From contig CAJQQZ010000031.1 in assembly GCA_905480575.1 (NCBI GenBank), positions 305 through 64,304 of the forward strand: 64,000 bases of DNA, read 5' to 3'. How positions within the stretch are numbered: the first letter of the stretch is position 1; the number at the start of each line of letters is the position of its first letter. The stretch is from an uncultured Alphaproteobacteria bacterium (lineage in GTDB: Bacteria > Pseudomonadota > Alphaproteobacteria > UBA7985 > CAJQQZ01). A model generated the notes under the pieces. The model did no database searches and was not told the origin of the DNA. It was given only the letters and a program-made list of their open reading frames with translations. The position numbers and the translations under genes were made by a program. Of this stretch, positions 41,532 to 52,959 are shown one piece after another.

Positions 41532-42472
41532 GATGCTTCTCCCATTGGCAGTGGCTTCTCACCACGGCCACCAGGGCTTGCTGCCCAAGCTTCACAACAG
41601 GATTTCGCGAGGCCTCTCACACGTCCGATGTAGGCTTGGCGCTCCGTTACAGAGATAACCCCACGGGCATCAAGGAGATTAAAGATATGGCTGGCCTTCA
41701 TGCAGAAATCATAAGCGGGAAGTGGCTTTGGGTTGTCGCCAGAAACCAGGCTTTGACACCCGGCTTCCGCTTCCTTGAATTGTCGGAACAGAACTTCAGT
41801 GTCGGCATGTTCGAAGTTGAAAGCAGAGAACTCTTGTTCGGCTTGCAGGAAAATGTCGCCGTAAACCTTACCACCTTGATCTTTTGGAACACCATCCCAA
41901 TCAAGATCGTAGACGTTTTCAACACCCTGAACATACATAGCAAGACGTTCCAACCCGTAGGTCAGCTCCATTGGAACAGGATAACAATCGATACCGCCGA
42001 CCTGTTGGAAGTAAGTAAACTGGCTAACTTCCATGCCGTCACACCAAACTTCCCAACCAAGCCCCCAGGCACCGAGCGTCGGGCTTTCCCAATCGTCTTC
42101 CACGAAGCGAATGTCATGTTCGTCAGCTTTGATGCCTATCGCCGCTAACGACCCAAGATAAAGCTCCTGGCTGTTTGGCGGAGAAGGCTTCATCAAGACC
42201 TGGAACTGGTAATAATGCTGTAACCGGTTTGGGTTCTCACCATAACGACCATCTGTCGGGCGGCGCGAGGGCTGTACATAGGCACAGTTCCACACGAAAT
42301 CACCGAGAGAACGCAGCGTTGTAGCTGGATGAAAAGTACCAGCGCCAACCTCCATGTCGTAGGGTTGAAGGACAACGCAACCTTGATCGGCCCAATAAGT
42401 CTGAAGATTCAGAATGATGCGCTGAAAGCAAGTTTTAGGATTAGCTTCATTTGGGGAGGGTGAGGTGCTCAT
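41528..42472 (-). CDS. glyQ: Glycine-tRNA ligase alpha subunit
   Basis: [30 protein letters not shown]. Confidence 0.98.
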   Translation of the reverse strand: MSTSPSPNEANPKTCFQRIILNLQTYWADQGCVVLQPYDMEVGAGTFHPATTLRSLGDFVWNCAYVQPSRRPTDGRYGENPNRLQHYYQFQVLMKPSPPNSQELYLGSLAAIGIKADEHDIRFVEDDWESPTLGAWGLGWEVWCDGMEVSQFTYFQQVGGIDCYPVPMELTYGLERLAMYVQGVENVYDLDWDGVPKDQGGKVYGDIFLQAEQEFSAFNFEHADTEVLFRQFKEAEAGCQSLVSGDNPKPLPAYDFCMKASHIFNLLDARGVISVTERQAYIGRVRGLAKSCCEAWAASPGGRGEKPLPMGEAS

Positions 42473-42599
42473 GGTGGCCTCGTGAAAACCCGGATAATTT
42501 ATCTTGCAAGTCCTCTAGCAAAGCCCTGGACTTGGGGCAAGGAATGAGCGCTCTCTGGCCACTCCGCCGCAGTAATTTTGTGGGGAAATTTAGCGGGTG

Positions 42600-42890
42600 C
42601 TAGCTTTTTGAGCTTTCCCGCATCGGGAAGGGGCATTGATGGTCGTCGCAAACGGGTCTGGTGCCTGCAACAAAGTAGGTGCCGCACCGTTGGCATTCGA
42701 TGGTTTTTTCTGCTGCTGGTACTCGGGGCTTTTTAGCTTTGCTAGTTGGTTTATTTGCTCGTTGAAACCATGAAGCTTTTTTCACTTGTTTCGGTTTGCT
42801 TGCTGTTTCGAGCTTGGAAATGAAACGGTAGGCAGCCAAAACAACGCCGATAACGGCGATCAGGGCAGCAAGTTTTTGAAACGTGAACAT
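42600..42890 (-). CDS. Small membrane-anchored protein with C-terminal Cys cluster
   Basis: N-terminal TM, Lys-rich linker, CQRCG...CDDHQCP; co-oriented between the S49 gene and glyQ. Confidence 0.65.
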   Translation of the reverse strand: MFTFQKLAALIAVIGVVLAAYRFISKLETASKPKQVKKASWFQRANKPTSKAKKPRVPAAEKTIECQRCGTYFVAGTRPVCDDHQCPFPMRESSKS

Positions 42891-42919
42891 ATAACCTCAG
42901 CAAAGTACCGCAGCAGACA

Positions 42920-43774
42920 TTAGAGCCCGAAACGCGAATAAGCAGCTTTCTCTTCTATAGACTCCACGGCAGCATTTACCAAGCGGTTCTGAAAGTGGTC
43001 CAAGCCCAAAAATCGGAAGGGAGAGCGGGATGGCGCCTGAATAAGCTTCATTTTGGTCTCTTTGCCAAACTTTCTGCGCAACGTGGACCGGATGTCGCCA
43101 ACGCCGTCTACCAAGCCTAAATCGACTGCCTTTTGACCAATCCAAACGTCGCCATTCATTAGATCGATCTCGTCATCTTCGATGAGGCGTTTGCCACGTC
43201 GCTCATGCACCATGTCTTTGAAAATGGTGTGAATGTCTTGTTGCAGACCCTCAAGCCAGCGGACATCATCCTTCTTTTCTGGGCTGAAAGGATCCAGTTT
43301 GAGCTTGTTTGTACCAGCCGTGTAAACGCGACGTTCAACGCCGTAACGTTCGATCAGTTCGTTGTAACCAAAGCCGGCGGAGATCACACCGATAGAGCCA
43401 ATGATTGAAGAAGGGTCCACGTAAATCTCGTCAGCGGCGATTGCTAGCATGTAGCCACCTGAGGCAGCAACGTCTTCTACGAATGCAAAAACGGGCTTTT
43501 CATTTTCTTCTGCCAGCTGCCGGATGCGGCGCATGATCAAATTGGACTGGGCTGGACTGCCTCCTGGCGAATTAATCACAAGAGCGACGGCAGCAGCTTC
43601 CTTGAATTTGAACGCTTTTTCAATCTGACCGACGGTCGAAGCCAGAGACAATGATTGACTAAACTTACCACCACGACCGATCGGGCCGTGTAGGTTTAGG
43701 ACAGGGACTAAGGGAGAAGTTTTGCCAAGTCTTCCTGGCAGAAAACGGCGCCAACCAGATTTCTTTTTTTGCAC
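42920..43774 (-). CDS. S49 family peptidase (SppA/SohB-like)
   Basis: INSPGGSP, DVAASGGY, GSIGVI. Confidence 0.92.
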   Translation of the reverse strand: MQKKKSGWRRFLPGRLGKTSPLVPVLNLHGPIGRGGKFSQSLSLASTVGQIEKAFKFKEAAAVALVINSPGGSPAQSNLIMRRIRQLAEENEKPVFAFVEDVAASGGYMLAIAADEIYVDPSSIIGSIGVISAGFGYNELIERYGVERRVYTAGTNKLKLDPFSPEKKDDVRWLEGLQQDIHTIFKDMVHERRGKRLIEDDEIDLMNGDVWIGQKAVDLGLVDGVGDIRSTLRRKFGKETKMKLIQAPSRSPFRFLGLDHFQNRLVNAAVESIEEKAAYSRFGL

Positions 43775-43912
43775 TTTAAAGAATGCTTTCGCTTATCAAT
43801 TGAGATGTTAAGCGATTAGATAGGGTGCTTGAGCAGAATTGCCAATCAAATTAGCCTGCTTTGCATCCGATTTGTTGTGGAGGCACAAGAAAACCAGCTT
43901 TGATAACCTCGA

Positions 43913-44215
43913 TTACTGATTGGGTTGGAAAAGAACCGCGAGTGATTCCATGATTTGCGAACCGTACTCAGGATCAATGGAATAGTAAACTTGCTGAGCT
44001 TCTCGTTCGTTCTTTACTAAGCGTTGTTGTTTGAGAATTTTCAGATGTTGAGAGAGTGCAGATTGACCAAGCCCCACTTCTTTGGCGATGGAACCGACAG
44101 ATTTAGCGTCATTGCCGAGGGCAACGAGAATTTCTAACCGTTTTTTATTGGCAAGTGCGCTAAGAACGGGGGCGGCCCTGTTGGGGCAGAGAGAGGAGGA
44201 GTTTACTTGGCTCAT
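43913..44215 (-). CDS. ArsR/SmtB family regulator (NolR/HlyU-like)
   Basis: ALAN.KRL.IL, QSALSQHL, REAQQVYYS. Confidence 0.88.
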   Translation of the reverse strand: MSQVNSSSLCPNRAAPVLSALANKKRLEILVALGNDAKSVGSIAKEVGLGQSALSQHLKILKQQRLVKNEREAQQVYYSIDPEYGSQIMESLAVLFQPNQ

Positions 44216-44340
44216 GATTTAGATGTCCCTACTATAAAAAACAATTAAAACAAATTTTAAATAAAATAAAGAAAATTTTTCAGAACTATGCAGCTGGTTT
44301 TGTTGGTGCAAATTTCTTACAAGCCCAAAAGGAGCACACA

Positions 44341-44571
44341 ATGTCAGAAACCCTCTTGGACGTAACGGGGCACAAATGCCCTCTGCCAGTCCTGAAAGCG
44401 AAAAAAGCGCTCAGGCCATTGGAAGCAGGAACTTTGCTAAAGGTTCTTGTTACTGATCCGTCGGCACCGAAGGATTTTCGCGCATTTTGTGAAACGGCGG
44501 GACATCGTTTTGTGAGCGAAACACAAGAAGAGAAAATGACCACCTTGATCATTGAGAAGGGACCGCGATAG
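44341..44571 (+). CDS. TusA family sulfurtransferase
   Basis: LDVTGHKCPLPVLK. Confidence 0.92.
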   Translation: MSETLLDVTGHKCPLPVLKAKKALRPLEAGTLLKVLVTDPSAPKDFRAFCETAGHRFVSETQEEKMTTLIIEKGPR

Positions 44572-45494
44572 TGGCGACATTCGTTTTTAGTCATGAGGCT
44601 TGCCTGCGGCACGAAAATGGAGCTGGGCATCCGGAGAGACCAGACCGACTTCGCGCTATCGAAGCGGTCCTTGTTGATCCATTGTTTGTCGGGCTTGTTA
44701 GAAAAGAAGCGCCAAGGGCCGAAGAACTAGACTTCGAAATGGTTCACCCTAAGGACTATATCGAGCGCGTTTTTGAGGCGATTCCATCTGAAGGCTATCG
44801 CTCTATGGATGGTGATACATCGGTTAATCCACACAGCGGTGAGGCCGCACGGCGCGCCGCTGGTGCCGCTATCGCTGCAGTGGATGCTGTGATGATGGGG
44901 CAAGCCGACAATGCCTTTTGCGCAACCAGACCACCGGGCCACCACGCCGAAACAGCGACGGCTATGGGGTTTTGTCTGTTCGGCAATGTGGTGATCGCCG
45001 CGCAACACGCTCGTCGAAAACATGGTCTCAAGAAAATAGCGATTGTTGACTTCGATGTTCACCATGGCAATGGAACACAGGATCTTGTTTGGAATGATCC
45101 CGATACTTTGTTTGTATCGAGTCATGAGATGCCACTTTATCCTGGTAGCGGTGCCAGAGCCGAAACAGGTGTTGGAAATATTGTAAACCTACCTCTTCGT
45201 TCAGGAACTGGTTCCGAAAGTTTTCGGGAAATTTGGGCAGAAGAAGGTTTACCAGCAATTGAGAATTTTGCACCAGAGTTAATAATTATCTCTGCGGGTT
45301 TCGATGCTCATGAGAGAGATCCTTTGGCCTCGCTCAATTTGGATGCAGAAGATTTTGCCTGGATCACCCTTGAAATTAAAGCAAAGGCTGCTGAGCTATG
45401 CGGCGGTAGGATTGTTTCTTGCCTCGAAGGCGGCTATGACTTGCAGGGCTTAGCGGAGTCAGTTTCCGCACATCTGCAAGCCTTAATGAGATAA
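44571..45494 (+). CDS. Histone deacetylase family protein
   Basis: HPERPDR, RPPGHHA, DFDVHHGNGTQ, SAGFDAH, LEGGY. Confidence 0.95.
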   Translation: MATFVFSHEACLRHENGAGHPERPDRLRAIEAVLVDPLFVGLVRKEAPRAEELDFEMVHPKDYIERVFEAIPSEGYRSMDGDTSVNPHSGEAARRAAGAAIAAVDAVMMGQADNAFCATRPPGHHAETATAMGFCLFGNVVIAAQHARRKHGLKKIAIVDFDVHHGNGTQDLVWNDPDTLFVSSHEMPLYPGSGARAETGVGNIVNLPLRSGTGSESFREIWAEEGLPAIENFAPELIIISAGFDAHERDPLASLNLDAEDFAWITLEIKAKAAELCGGRIVSCLEGGYDLQGLAESVSAHLQALMR

Positions 45495-45496
45495 AA

Positions 45497-45748
45497 ATGG
45501 CTGAAAAAGAAATACCTGAAGAAATCAAAGCGCTCAGTTTTGAGCAAGCTCTGGAACAGTTAAAAGGCATCGTTTCAACACTGGAACGTGGCGAAAGTGG
45601 TCTTGATGAGTCTATCTCTCTGTACGAGAAAGGTTCGATGTTGAAGTCCCACTGTGAACGCCGTTTGAAAGATGCCAAAATGAAAGTGGAGCAGATTTCT
45701 CTTTCAGAAGATGGCCACTTGAGCAGCCAGCCGTTTGACAGTGACTAG
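45497..45748 (+). CDS. xseB: Exodeoxyribonuclease VII small subunit
   Basis: SFEQAL..L..IV..LE.G...LDESI.LYE.G. Confidence 0.93.
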   Translation: MAEKEIPEEIKALSFEQALEQLKGIVSTLERGESGLDESISLYEKGSMLKSHCERRLKDAKMKVEQISLSEDGHLSSQPFDSD

Positions 45749-46661
45749 TAGTCGCCCCAACTATTCTGCCTCAGATTTCCAAGATGAGTTGGCCTTAATA
45801 GCCAGCTCTATCGAAGAATCCCTGGGTAACATGCTGGCTTGCCAGAACCCTGGCGAGCGCGAAAATCAAGCCATGGAAGCCATGCGGTTGGGAGCTCTGG
45901 CAGGCGGTAAACGTTTGAGGCCTGCTTTGACGATTGGTTCGGCGAAGCTTTTTGGGCTGGAACTAAGCCAAGTACTGCCTACAGCTTCAGCTATCGAAAT
46001 GCTGCACTCTTATTCACTGGTTCACGATGATTTACCTGCGATGGATGATTCGCCTTTGAGGCGAGGAAAACCAACGGTCCACGTTGTCTATGATGAAGCA
46101 ACAGCAGTTTTGGCTGGCGATGGATTGCTGACCAAAGCATTCGAATTCTTGGCTGGTGAAAATGTCCATCCAGACCCTCTTGTTCGCTGTCGGCTTATTG
46201 CTGGATTAGCACGAGCAGCGGGAGAAGCGGGAATGGTCGGCGGACAAATGCTTGACATGATTGCCGAACAGACGCCCCTGACAGAAGAAGAAGTGATCCG
46301 TCTTCAGCAAAAGAAGACTGGAGCCTTAATCGCATTCTCCTGTGAGGCTGGTGGTATTTGCGCGGAAGCACATGATAAAGAAATGGCAACTTTATCCTTG
46401 TATGGACGTAATATCGGATTGGCTTTTCAGATAGTCGACGATCTTTTGGACTTAGAAAGCTCAGCCGAGACGCTGGGCAAACCGGCAGGGCGCGACAAAG
46501 TCGCGGGCAAATTGACGCTGATAGACGCGTACGGCCTTGACGAGGCCCGCGCTAAGGCACAGATGCTGGTCAACGAAGCACAGGACGCGATCACATGGGC
46601 GGGAGAAAAGGCTGGTTTTTTGCACCGCCTTGCCGAATTTGTGTTACATCGTTCCTATTAA
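45735..46661 (+). CDS. ispA: Farnesyl diphosphate synthase
   Basis: GGKRLRP, HDDLPAMDD, FQIVDDLLD, GKPAGRD. Confidence 0.93.
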   Translation: MTVTSSRPNYSASDFQDELALIASSIEESLGNMLACQNPGERENQAMEAMRLGALAGGKRLRPALTIGSAKLFGLELSQVLPTASAIEMLHSYSLVHDDLPAMDDSPLRRGKPTVHVVYDEATAVLAGDGLLTKAFEFLAGENVHPDPLVRCRLIAGLARAAGEAGMVGGQMLDMIAEQTPLTEEEVIRLQQKKTGALIAFSCEAGGICAEAHDKEMATLSLYGRNIGLAFQIVDDLLDLESSAETLGKPAGRDKVAGKLTLIDAYGLDEARAKAQMLVNEAQDAITWAGEKAGFLHRLAEFVLHRSY

Positions 46662-46694
46662 ATCAGCCTAGCTGCAAACCTAACGGATCAGACC

Positions 46695-48614
46695 GTGCCC
46701 AGACCTGAAACACCTCTACTGGATCAAGTAAATATACCTGCCGATCTTCGTGAGTTAAACGAAGATCAGCTCAGCCAGGTAGCTGATGAATTGCGGCAAG
46801 AAACGATCGATGCTGTTTCTGAAACTGGTGGGCATTTGGGTGCTGGCTTGGGTGTTGTGGAATTGACGGTCGCCCTCCATCACGTTTTTGATACCCCTGA
46901 TGATCGTTTGATTTGGGATGTCGGCCATCAATCCTATCCGCACAAAATTCTCACTGGTCGTAGAGATCGCATAAGAACGCTGCGCCAAGGTGGCGGACTT
47001 TCTGGTTTTGTGAAGCGCGACGAGAGTGAGTACGATCCTTTTGGAACAGCCCATTCGTCGACCTCTATTTCAGCCGGCCTGGGTATGGCCGTTGGCGCAA
47101 GACTCGATGGGCGGAAATCCAATGCCATAGCCGTTATCGGTGATGGTGCGATGTCTGCGGGGATGGCATACGAGGCCATGAACAATGCTGGTGCCGAAGA
47201 TGCCCGGCTTATTGTTATTCTCAACGACAACGACATGTCGATCGCGCCTCCTGTCGGCGCGATGAGCGGATACCTCTCACGCCTTATTTCTTCGGGAACT
47301 TATCAAAGCCTGAGGAACACAGCCAAAGCAGTTGCCAAGCATCTACCAAAACCACTGGAAATTGGCGCAAAACGCTGGGAAGAATTCGCCCGTGGCATGG
47401 TGACAGGTGGAACACTTTTCGAGGAATTGGGGTTCTTCTACGTTGGACCTATCGACGGCCATAACCTCAATCATTTGCTCCCTGTTCTCAAAAACGTAAG
47501 GGACGCCGAAGAGTCCGGGCCCTTTTTGGTCCATGTTGTTACCCAAAAGGGTAAGGGGTACGAGCCTGCGGAAAATTCTGCGGACAAATACCACGGTGTT
47601 TCACGGTTCAATGTCATCACGGGCAAACAGGATAAGCCTGTTTCGAACGCCCCGAGCTACACCGCTGTCTTTGGTGAGACCCTGACAAAGCTTGCTGATG
47701 AAGATGACAAAATTGTTGCGATCACGGCTGCTATGCCTTCTGGCACCGGACTGAATATCTTCGAGAAATCACACCCGGAACGCACATTTGACGTCGCGAT
47801 TGCTGAGCAGCATGCTGTAACCTTCGCTGCTGGCTTAGCGTGCGAAGGCTTCAAGCCCTTCACTACGATCTACTCAACGTTCTTGCAGAGAGGTTACGAC
47901 CAAGTCGTTCATGACGTGGCCCTCCAAAACTTGCCTGTTCGCTTTGCGATTGACCGCGCTGGGTTTGTCGGTGCCGATGGGCAAACGCATCATGGGTCCT
48001 ATGATTTGGCTTACCTCGGTTGTTTGCCGAACTTTGTGATTATGGCACCGGCTGATGAGGCTGAGCTTGTCCATATGATAACGACCTCTGCGGCCATTAA
48101 TGATCGACCTTCGGCCGTTCGCTATCCAAGAGGCGAAGGTGTGGGTGTAGAAATGCCTATGCGCGGTGAAGTTTTGCCGATTGGCAAAGGACGCGTGATT
48201 AAGCAAGGCTCAAAAGTAGCCATTTTGTCTTTGGGCACTAGGTTGGAAGACTCCCTCAAAGCGGCAGAAATGTTAGAGGCAAAAGGATTGTCGACGACAG
48301 TCGCAGATGCACGGTTCATGAAGCCGCTTGATCAAGATTTGATTAAGAAATTGGCTGATGATCATGAGGTTTTTCTGACCGTTGAAGAGGGGTCGATTGG
48401 TGGCTTTGGCTCTCATGTCCTGGAAGCTTTGTCAGACATGGGCTGTTTAGACAAAGGGCTGAAGGTTCGGACTTTGTCGATGCCAGATGCCTTTGTTGAT
48501 CAGGACAAACCTGCGCTTCAGAATGAAAAAGCCGGACTGGACGCTCTGTCCATTGCAAAGAAAGCAATGACAGCTCTTGGATTCGAAGAGAGCGACATTG
48601 CTGCTTTAGCCTGA
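46695..48614 (+). CDS. dxs: 1-deoxy-D-xylulose-5-phosphate synthase
   Basis: GGHLG, DVGHQ, IAEQHA, YSTFLQR, DRAG. Confidence 0.97.
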   Translation: MPRPETPLLDQVNIPADLRELNEDQLSQVADELRQETIDAVSETGGHLGAGLGVVELTVALHHVFDTPDDRLIWDVGHQSYPHKILTGRRDRIRTLRQGGGLSGFVKRDESEYDPFGTAHSSTSISAGLGMAVGARLDGRKSNAIAVIGDGAMSAGMAYEAMNNAGAEDARLIVILNDNDMSIAPPVGAMSGYLSRLISSGTYQSLRNTAKAVAKHLPKPLEIGAKRWEEFARGMVTGGTLFEELGFFYVGPIDGHNLNHLLPVLKNVRDAEESGPFLVHVVTQKGKGYEPAENSADKYHGVSRFNVITGKQDKPVSNAPSYTAVFGETLTKLADEDDKIVAITAAMPSGTGLNIFEKSHPERTFDVAIAEQHAVTFAAGLACEGFKPFTTIYSTFLQRGYDQVVHDVALQNLPVRFAIDRAGFVGADGQTHHGSYDLAYLGCLPNFVIMAPADEAELVHMITTSAAINDRPSAVRYPRGEGVGVEMPMRGEVLPIGKGRVIKQGSKVAILSLGTRLEDSLKAAEMLEAKGLSTTVADARFMKPLDQDLIKKLADDHEVFLTVEEGSIGGFGSHVLEALSDMGCLDKGLKVRTLSMPDAFVDQDKPALQNEKAGLDALSIAKKAMTALGFEESDIAALA

Positions 48615-49360
48615 TGGCCTCCACGAGAGTAAGGATTGACAAAGCCCTTGCCGACGCGGGGTTGGTGCAAAGCCGATCCCGCGCTAGAGACTTAATTCTC
48701 AATGGTAAGGTCTCAATCGACGGTGTGACGGTTCCCAAAGCGGATTTCAGAATTCACCTGGAACAATTGGATTTGATCCAAATCGATGATCATGGCTGGG
48801 TTTCACGAGCAGCATTGAAACTCGTTCATGCGCTGGATCATTTTTCTGTCGATCCCGCAGGGAAGAATTGCTTGGATCTTGGCGCGTCGACCGGCGGCTT
48901 TGTCGAGGTTCTTTTAGAACGTGACGCGGCCTCAGTGACGGCTGTTGATGTCGGTCAAGGGCAAATGGTCGAAAAGATACGTTCTGACCCAAGGGTCAAG
49001 AATTACGAAAACCTCAATGTTAAAGATTTGAGCAACTCGCCAGTTGAGGGGCCGTTCAATCTAATCACGTCCGATCTGTCTTTCATATCCTTGAAGAAAG
49101 CCTTACCAGCAGCGCTTGTGTTGGCCGCGGACAACGCTGTTTTCCTCGGTCTCATAAAACCTCAATTCGAAGTTGGAAAAGGCAGATTAGGCAAGGGTGG
49201 CTTGGTGCTGGCTGAAATGTTGCATCAGGAAGTTTGCCAGGACATCAAACAGTGGTTAGAAGCCCAACCAGGTTGGTCAGTGTCTGGCCTCACGTCGAGC
49301 CCCATCGTTGGGGGCGATGGTAACAAAGAGTTTTTGATAGCAGGGCGATATGAGGCGTAA
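48614..49360 (+). CDS. tlyA: TlyA family rRNA methyltransferase
   Basis: S4 domain, VSRAALKL, DLGASTGGF, LIKPQFE, GGDGNKE. Confidence 0.93.
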   Translation: MASTRVRIDKALADAGLVQSRSRARDLILNGKVSIDGVTVPKADFRIHLEQLDLIQIDDHGWVSRAALKLVHALDHFSVDPAGKNCLDLGASTGGFVEVLLERDAASVTAVDVGQGQMVEKIRSDPRVKNYENLNVKDLSNSPVEGPFNLITSDLSFISLKKALPAALVLAADNAVFLGLIKPQFEVGKGRLGKGGLVLAEMLHQEVCQDIKQWLEAQPGWSVSGLTSSPIVGGDGNKEFLIAGRYEA

Positions 49361-50648
49361 ACCTAGAAAAGCTGGTGGATTTCAGTTTGAAACGACCATC
49401 GAAGAAGTTGGCGGCCTTGGTGACGGCGTTGCTCATTTGGACGATGGGCGCTTAGCCTATGTTCCATTGACCGTCGCCGGAGATCGTATCCTGGCCCGAT
49501 CCCGTGGCGAGCGGTCTGGAACAGTTCAAGGTGAGATTGTTGAATTGTTGGAAGCAGGCGCGGATCGTCAAGATCCGCCGTGCCCTCATTTTGGCCTGTG
49601 TGGCGGGTGCCAGTTGCAGCAAATGAACGAAAAAGCCTACCTTTCTTTCAAGAAAGCTAGAGTTTTGGAAGCCGTTGCCAAAGCTGGGTTTGAGGCAGAA
49701 GTATTCATCGGCTTACAGTCGGTTGAGCCAGCCAGTCGTCGACGGATTACTTTGACGGCTGAAAAACACAAGAAGACGGTCAAACTTGGTTTTCGTGGTA
49801 AATCGAGCCATGAATTGGTCGACATCAATCAATGCGACGTCATGCATCCGGTTTTAGCCGCGGCTTTACCAGCCCTGCGAGATCTTGCATCCTTGTTTCT
49901 CGGCGGGCAGAAGCAGATCAGTCTTCAAATCAATCTTGTCGACAATGGCTTGGATATTCTTGTTGAAAGCCATGAGGAGCCAACACTCAATCAACGTTTG
50001 GATGTTGTAGAACTCGCGAAAGCGCATGATTGGGCAAGAATCAGTTGGCTAGGAAAAGATCGCCAATTCGAGCCTTTGATCATGCTGAGAGAGCCGGTCA
50101 TTGATTTTTCCGGACATAAGGTGCCGGTGCCATCGGGGTCTTTTCTTCAGCCTTCGTCCGAAGGAGAACTTAAGCTCAAAATTGCAGTAATCGAGGCGCT
50201 CTCTGGTTCTTACCGCTCAATTGCTGATCTTTTTTCCGGGTGCGGAACTTTTGCTTTTGCTCTAGCTGAAAAAGCCAAAGTGACTGCTTATGAATACAGT
50301 GAAGAAGCTTTAAAAGCTCAACAGGTTGCCATTGACGGGGCGCAAATTTCCGGGCGAATAGTGCCGACGCAAAGAGACTTAGAGCGCAACCCATTGACGG
50401 TCCCTGAGCTCAACAAGTTTCATGCCGTTGTCCTCGATCCGCCACGCAAAGGGGCGAAGCCTCTGGTTGACAATCTAGCTCAATCCACGGTTCGAGAGAT
50501 TGTCTACGTTTCCTGTAACTCGAGTTCCTGGTCGCGCGATGCAGCAATCCTCAAGAGTGGTGGTTACGAGTTGAAATCCTTGTCTGCCGTCGACCAATTT
50601 ACTTGGACGGCGCATGTTGAATTGGTGGCACACTTTAAGAAGGGTTAA
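49350..50648 (+). CDS. 23S rRNA (uracil-5)-methyltransferase, RlmD/TrmA family
   Basis: TRAM domain, CPHFGLCGGC Fe-S motif, SFLQ, LDPPRKG, YVSCN, HVE. Confidence 0.9.
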   Translation: MRRKPRKAGGFQFETTIEEVGGLGDGVAHLDDGRLAYVPLTVAGDRILARSRGERSGTVQGEIVELLEAGADRQDPPCPHFGLCGGCQLQQMNEKAYLSFKKARVLEAVAKAGFEAEVFIGLQSVEPASRRRITLTAEKHKKTVKLGFRGKSSHELVDINQCDVMHPVLAAALPALRDLASLFLGGQKQISLQINLVDNGLDILVESHEEPTLNQRLDVVELAKAHDWARISWLGKDRQFEPLIMLREPVIDFSGHKVPVPSGSFLQPSSEGELKLKIAVIEALSGSYRSIADLFSGCGTFAFALAEKAKVTAYEYSEEALKAQQVAIDGAQISGRIVPTQRDLERNPLTVPELNKFHAVVLDPPRKGAKPLVDNLAQSTVREIVYVSCNSSSWSRDAAILKSGGYELKSLSAVDQFTWTAHVELVAHFKKG

Positions 50649-50684
50649 CGTAGACTTAACCAGCCAAACCGAAGGAGCAAAACA

Positions 50685-52832
50685 ATGGCGAACTATTCAG
50701 TTTCATTTGACCCTGACTGGGGTGTTCCAACGGTCAAGGCTGTTACATTTACCGAGCTATGGAGGGGGCTTGGGTTTGCGCAGGCTTACCAGAACTCAAA
50801 TCTGGTTATGACCACGATTTTAAGAGCCTGTGGAAGAAGTGCTGAATTTTTGGGGCAGCATTCTGGCGCTGGACCAAATGAACTCACGAAGCAACCGACT
50901 GGCGTCGACTATCTCCAGTCTGATCTCTTTGTAAGAATGCTTCAACTTCCCACGGTCGCGCGGGCTCAAATAGGTGATCAAACGGCTGAAACACTAGCAA
51001 ATGTTGAAGCTTACGCTGCTGGGATTAATGACTGTTTGGAACAACATCTTGAACGATTTGATTCACGGTTGTTGGCTTTCGGCCCGGTCACAGCTGAACA
51101 TGTTTTTTGCAGCTCAGTTCAGTTGATGTTTGGTTTCCAATTGGGCATTCGAATGCCTGTCATTCATGAATGGATGGGCGGTAAAGCGCTGGTCGATCCG
51201 AGCTGGTGCGACTTGGCAAGTGCTGGCTCAAATGGTTGGGTGGTAGGGCCAAGCAAGTCCGTTGATGGTAATCCCATGTTGGTTTGTAACCCGCACACCC
51301 AGTGGGATGTGGATCTGAATACTTTTATCGAGGCAAGACTAGAACTCACCGACGGTTCCGGGTTTGTGTTCCAAGGTGCTGGTATCGTCGGTTGGCCTGC
51401 TATGCTGATGGGATGCAACGCGCATCTCGGCTTCGGCAGCACGGTTAATCAACAAAATGGCATCACCTTTTATGAAGTGTCGATTAGCGAGGGTGCGATT
51501 GATGTGGAGGGAGAGGGGCATCGGGTAGAGTTTTCTCAAGAGGCCGTGCTTTGCCGGCAAAGCGATGGGAGCCTGAAGGAGCATTCCTTAAAAGCCATAT
51601 GGTCACCTACGCATCAGGGTAATGTCATTGCTAGCCGAGGTGATCGTCAACTGCTTGTTTCATTTGGCGGGCGTAACGCAGGCCAAGTTTTGGAACAATA
51701 CTTTGCTATGGTTCGCTCAGAAAGCATCGATGAGTATCAAGCCGCGCTTGAAATGCATCAAATCCCCATCCAGAACCTGATGTATGCTGGGCGCGACAGT
51801 GCCAATGGTGCGCCGCATATCCAATTTTCTTATCATAGCCATACGCCTGATCGCGGCAAAGGGACTTATGCCGACTGGTGGCATGTGTTGGATGGGCATC
51901 AAGGCGAGAACATCGCATCGGGGCTAGTTGCATTCAACAAGCTCTTTCAAGATATAGACACGGCGAACGGTTGGTACCAGAACTGTAATGACTCTCCTTA
52001 TTCCTGTACGTTGCCTTCACCGTTCGATCCATCGGACTACCCGGCATGGCTTGCGCCTGTTTCAACGCTCAAAAGGGCGCAGGGATGTGCCCGTCACCTA
52101 ACAGAAACAGCTAAATTTGATTTCGACAGTCTGGTTCAGATGAAATTCTCGACCCGTGTTGAATTGGCCAAACAGCTCGTGCCGCAGTTGTCCGAAGCTA
52201 TTAACGAGCGCAGCAATAGTTTGCTGAAAGAATGTAAGTCAGTGCTTGATACTTGGGATCAACATACGGAACCAGAAAGCCGAGGTGCTTTTTTGTTTCT
52301 CCAGTTTATTTTAAATGTTGGTATCCAGGACGGTGTAGGCAATCCAATCTTCGCTGACAGCTGGCGGGATGATTTGGCTCGCGACCAGGAGCTCTGGCCG
52401 CAGTCATTAGACACGCCTGGCGAGTTGGCTGATATTGATGCAGCGCTGAAGGCTTTGGAAACGGCAGCCAAGATCGTTAAAGACCGCTTTGGTGCTTTGG
52501 ATATCGCTTGGGGAGATGCTGTCGCGGTGACGCACGGTGATGTCACCATCCCCGGCGTAGGCGGTCCAGGAGATCCTTTGGGCATCTTGGCAGCGGTGCC
52601 TCTTGAGCCTGGGTTACGACCCTTTATTTCGGGCGGTGACCTCGTCGCTGCAAGAATTGAGAATGACGGTGGAGAGACCTTTGTTATGGTGGCTGAATTT
52701 ACACCTGAAGGCGTTCGGGGCGGAACTCTGACAAGTTATGGCGCCTCGTCTAACCTGAGATCTCCACATTATGGTGACCAGCTGACTTTGGTGGGTAAGC
52801 GCGAGCTGCGCCCCTTTACGATTTCAAAATAG
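50685..52832 (+). CDS. Penicillin/cephalosporin acylase family Ntn-hydrolase (peptidase S45)
   Basis: WGVP, G.AQA, G|SNGWVVGPSKSVDGNPMLVCNPH cleavage site, QNCND, YGASS..RSPHYGDQ. Confidence 0.85.
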   Translation: MANYSVSFDPDWGVPTVKAVTFTELWRGLGFAQAYQNSNLVMTTILRACGRSAEFLGQHSGAGPNELTKQPTGVDYLQSDLFVRMLQLPTVARAQIGDQTAETLANVEAYAAGINDCLEQHLERFDSRLLAFGPVTAEHVFCSSVQLMFGFQLGIRMPVIHEWMGGKALVDPSWCDLASAGSNGWVVGPSKSVDGNPMLVCNPHTQWDVDLNTFIEARLELTDGSGFVFQGAGIVGWPAMLMGCNAHLGFGSTVNQQNGITFYEVSISEGAIDVEGEGHRVEFSQEAVLCRQSDGSLKEHSLKAIWSPTHQGNVIASRGDRQLLVSFGGRNAGQVLEQYFAMVRSESIDEYQAALEMHQIPIQNLMYAGRDSANGAPHIQFSYHSHTPDRGKGTYADWWHVLDGHQGENIASGLVAFNKLFQDIDTANGWYQNCNDSPYSCTLPSPFDPSDYPAWLAPVSTLKRAQGCARHLTETAKFDFDSLVQMKFSTRVELAKQLVPQLSEAINERSNSLLKECKSVLDTWDQHTEPESRGAFLFLQFILNVGIQDGVGNPIFADSWRDDLARDQELWPQSLDTPGELADIDAALKALETAAKIVKDRFGALDIAWGDAVAVTHGDVTIPGVGGPGDPLGILAAVPLEPGLRPFISGGDLVAARIENDGGETFVMVAEFTPEGVRGGTLTSYGASSNLRSPHYGDQLTLVGKRELRPFTISK

Positions 52833-52959
52833 AACCAGTGAGGTTGGATTTGACGACGTCCAACTCTCGTCTTTACCAGGTAGATAAAAGGCGCTTGTTG
52901 CTTGCCTTTGTGATAACTGGCTTAGATTGCTGACCAGTTGTAGCGAAGGATAAAAGTAA

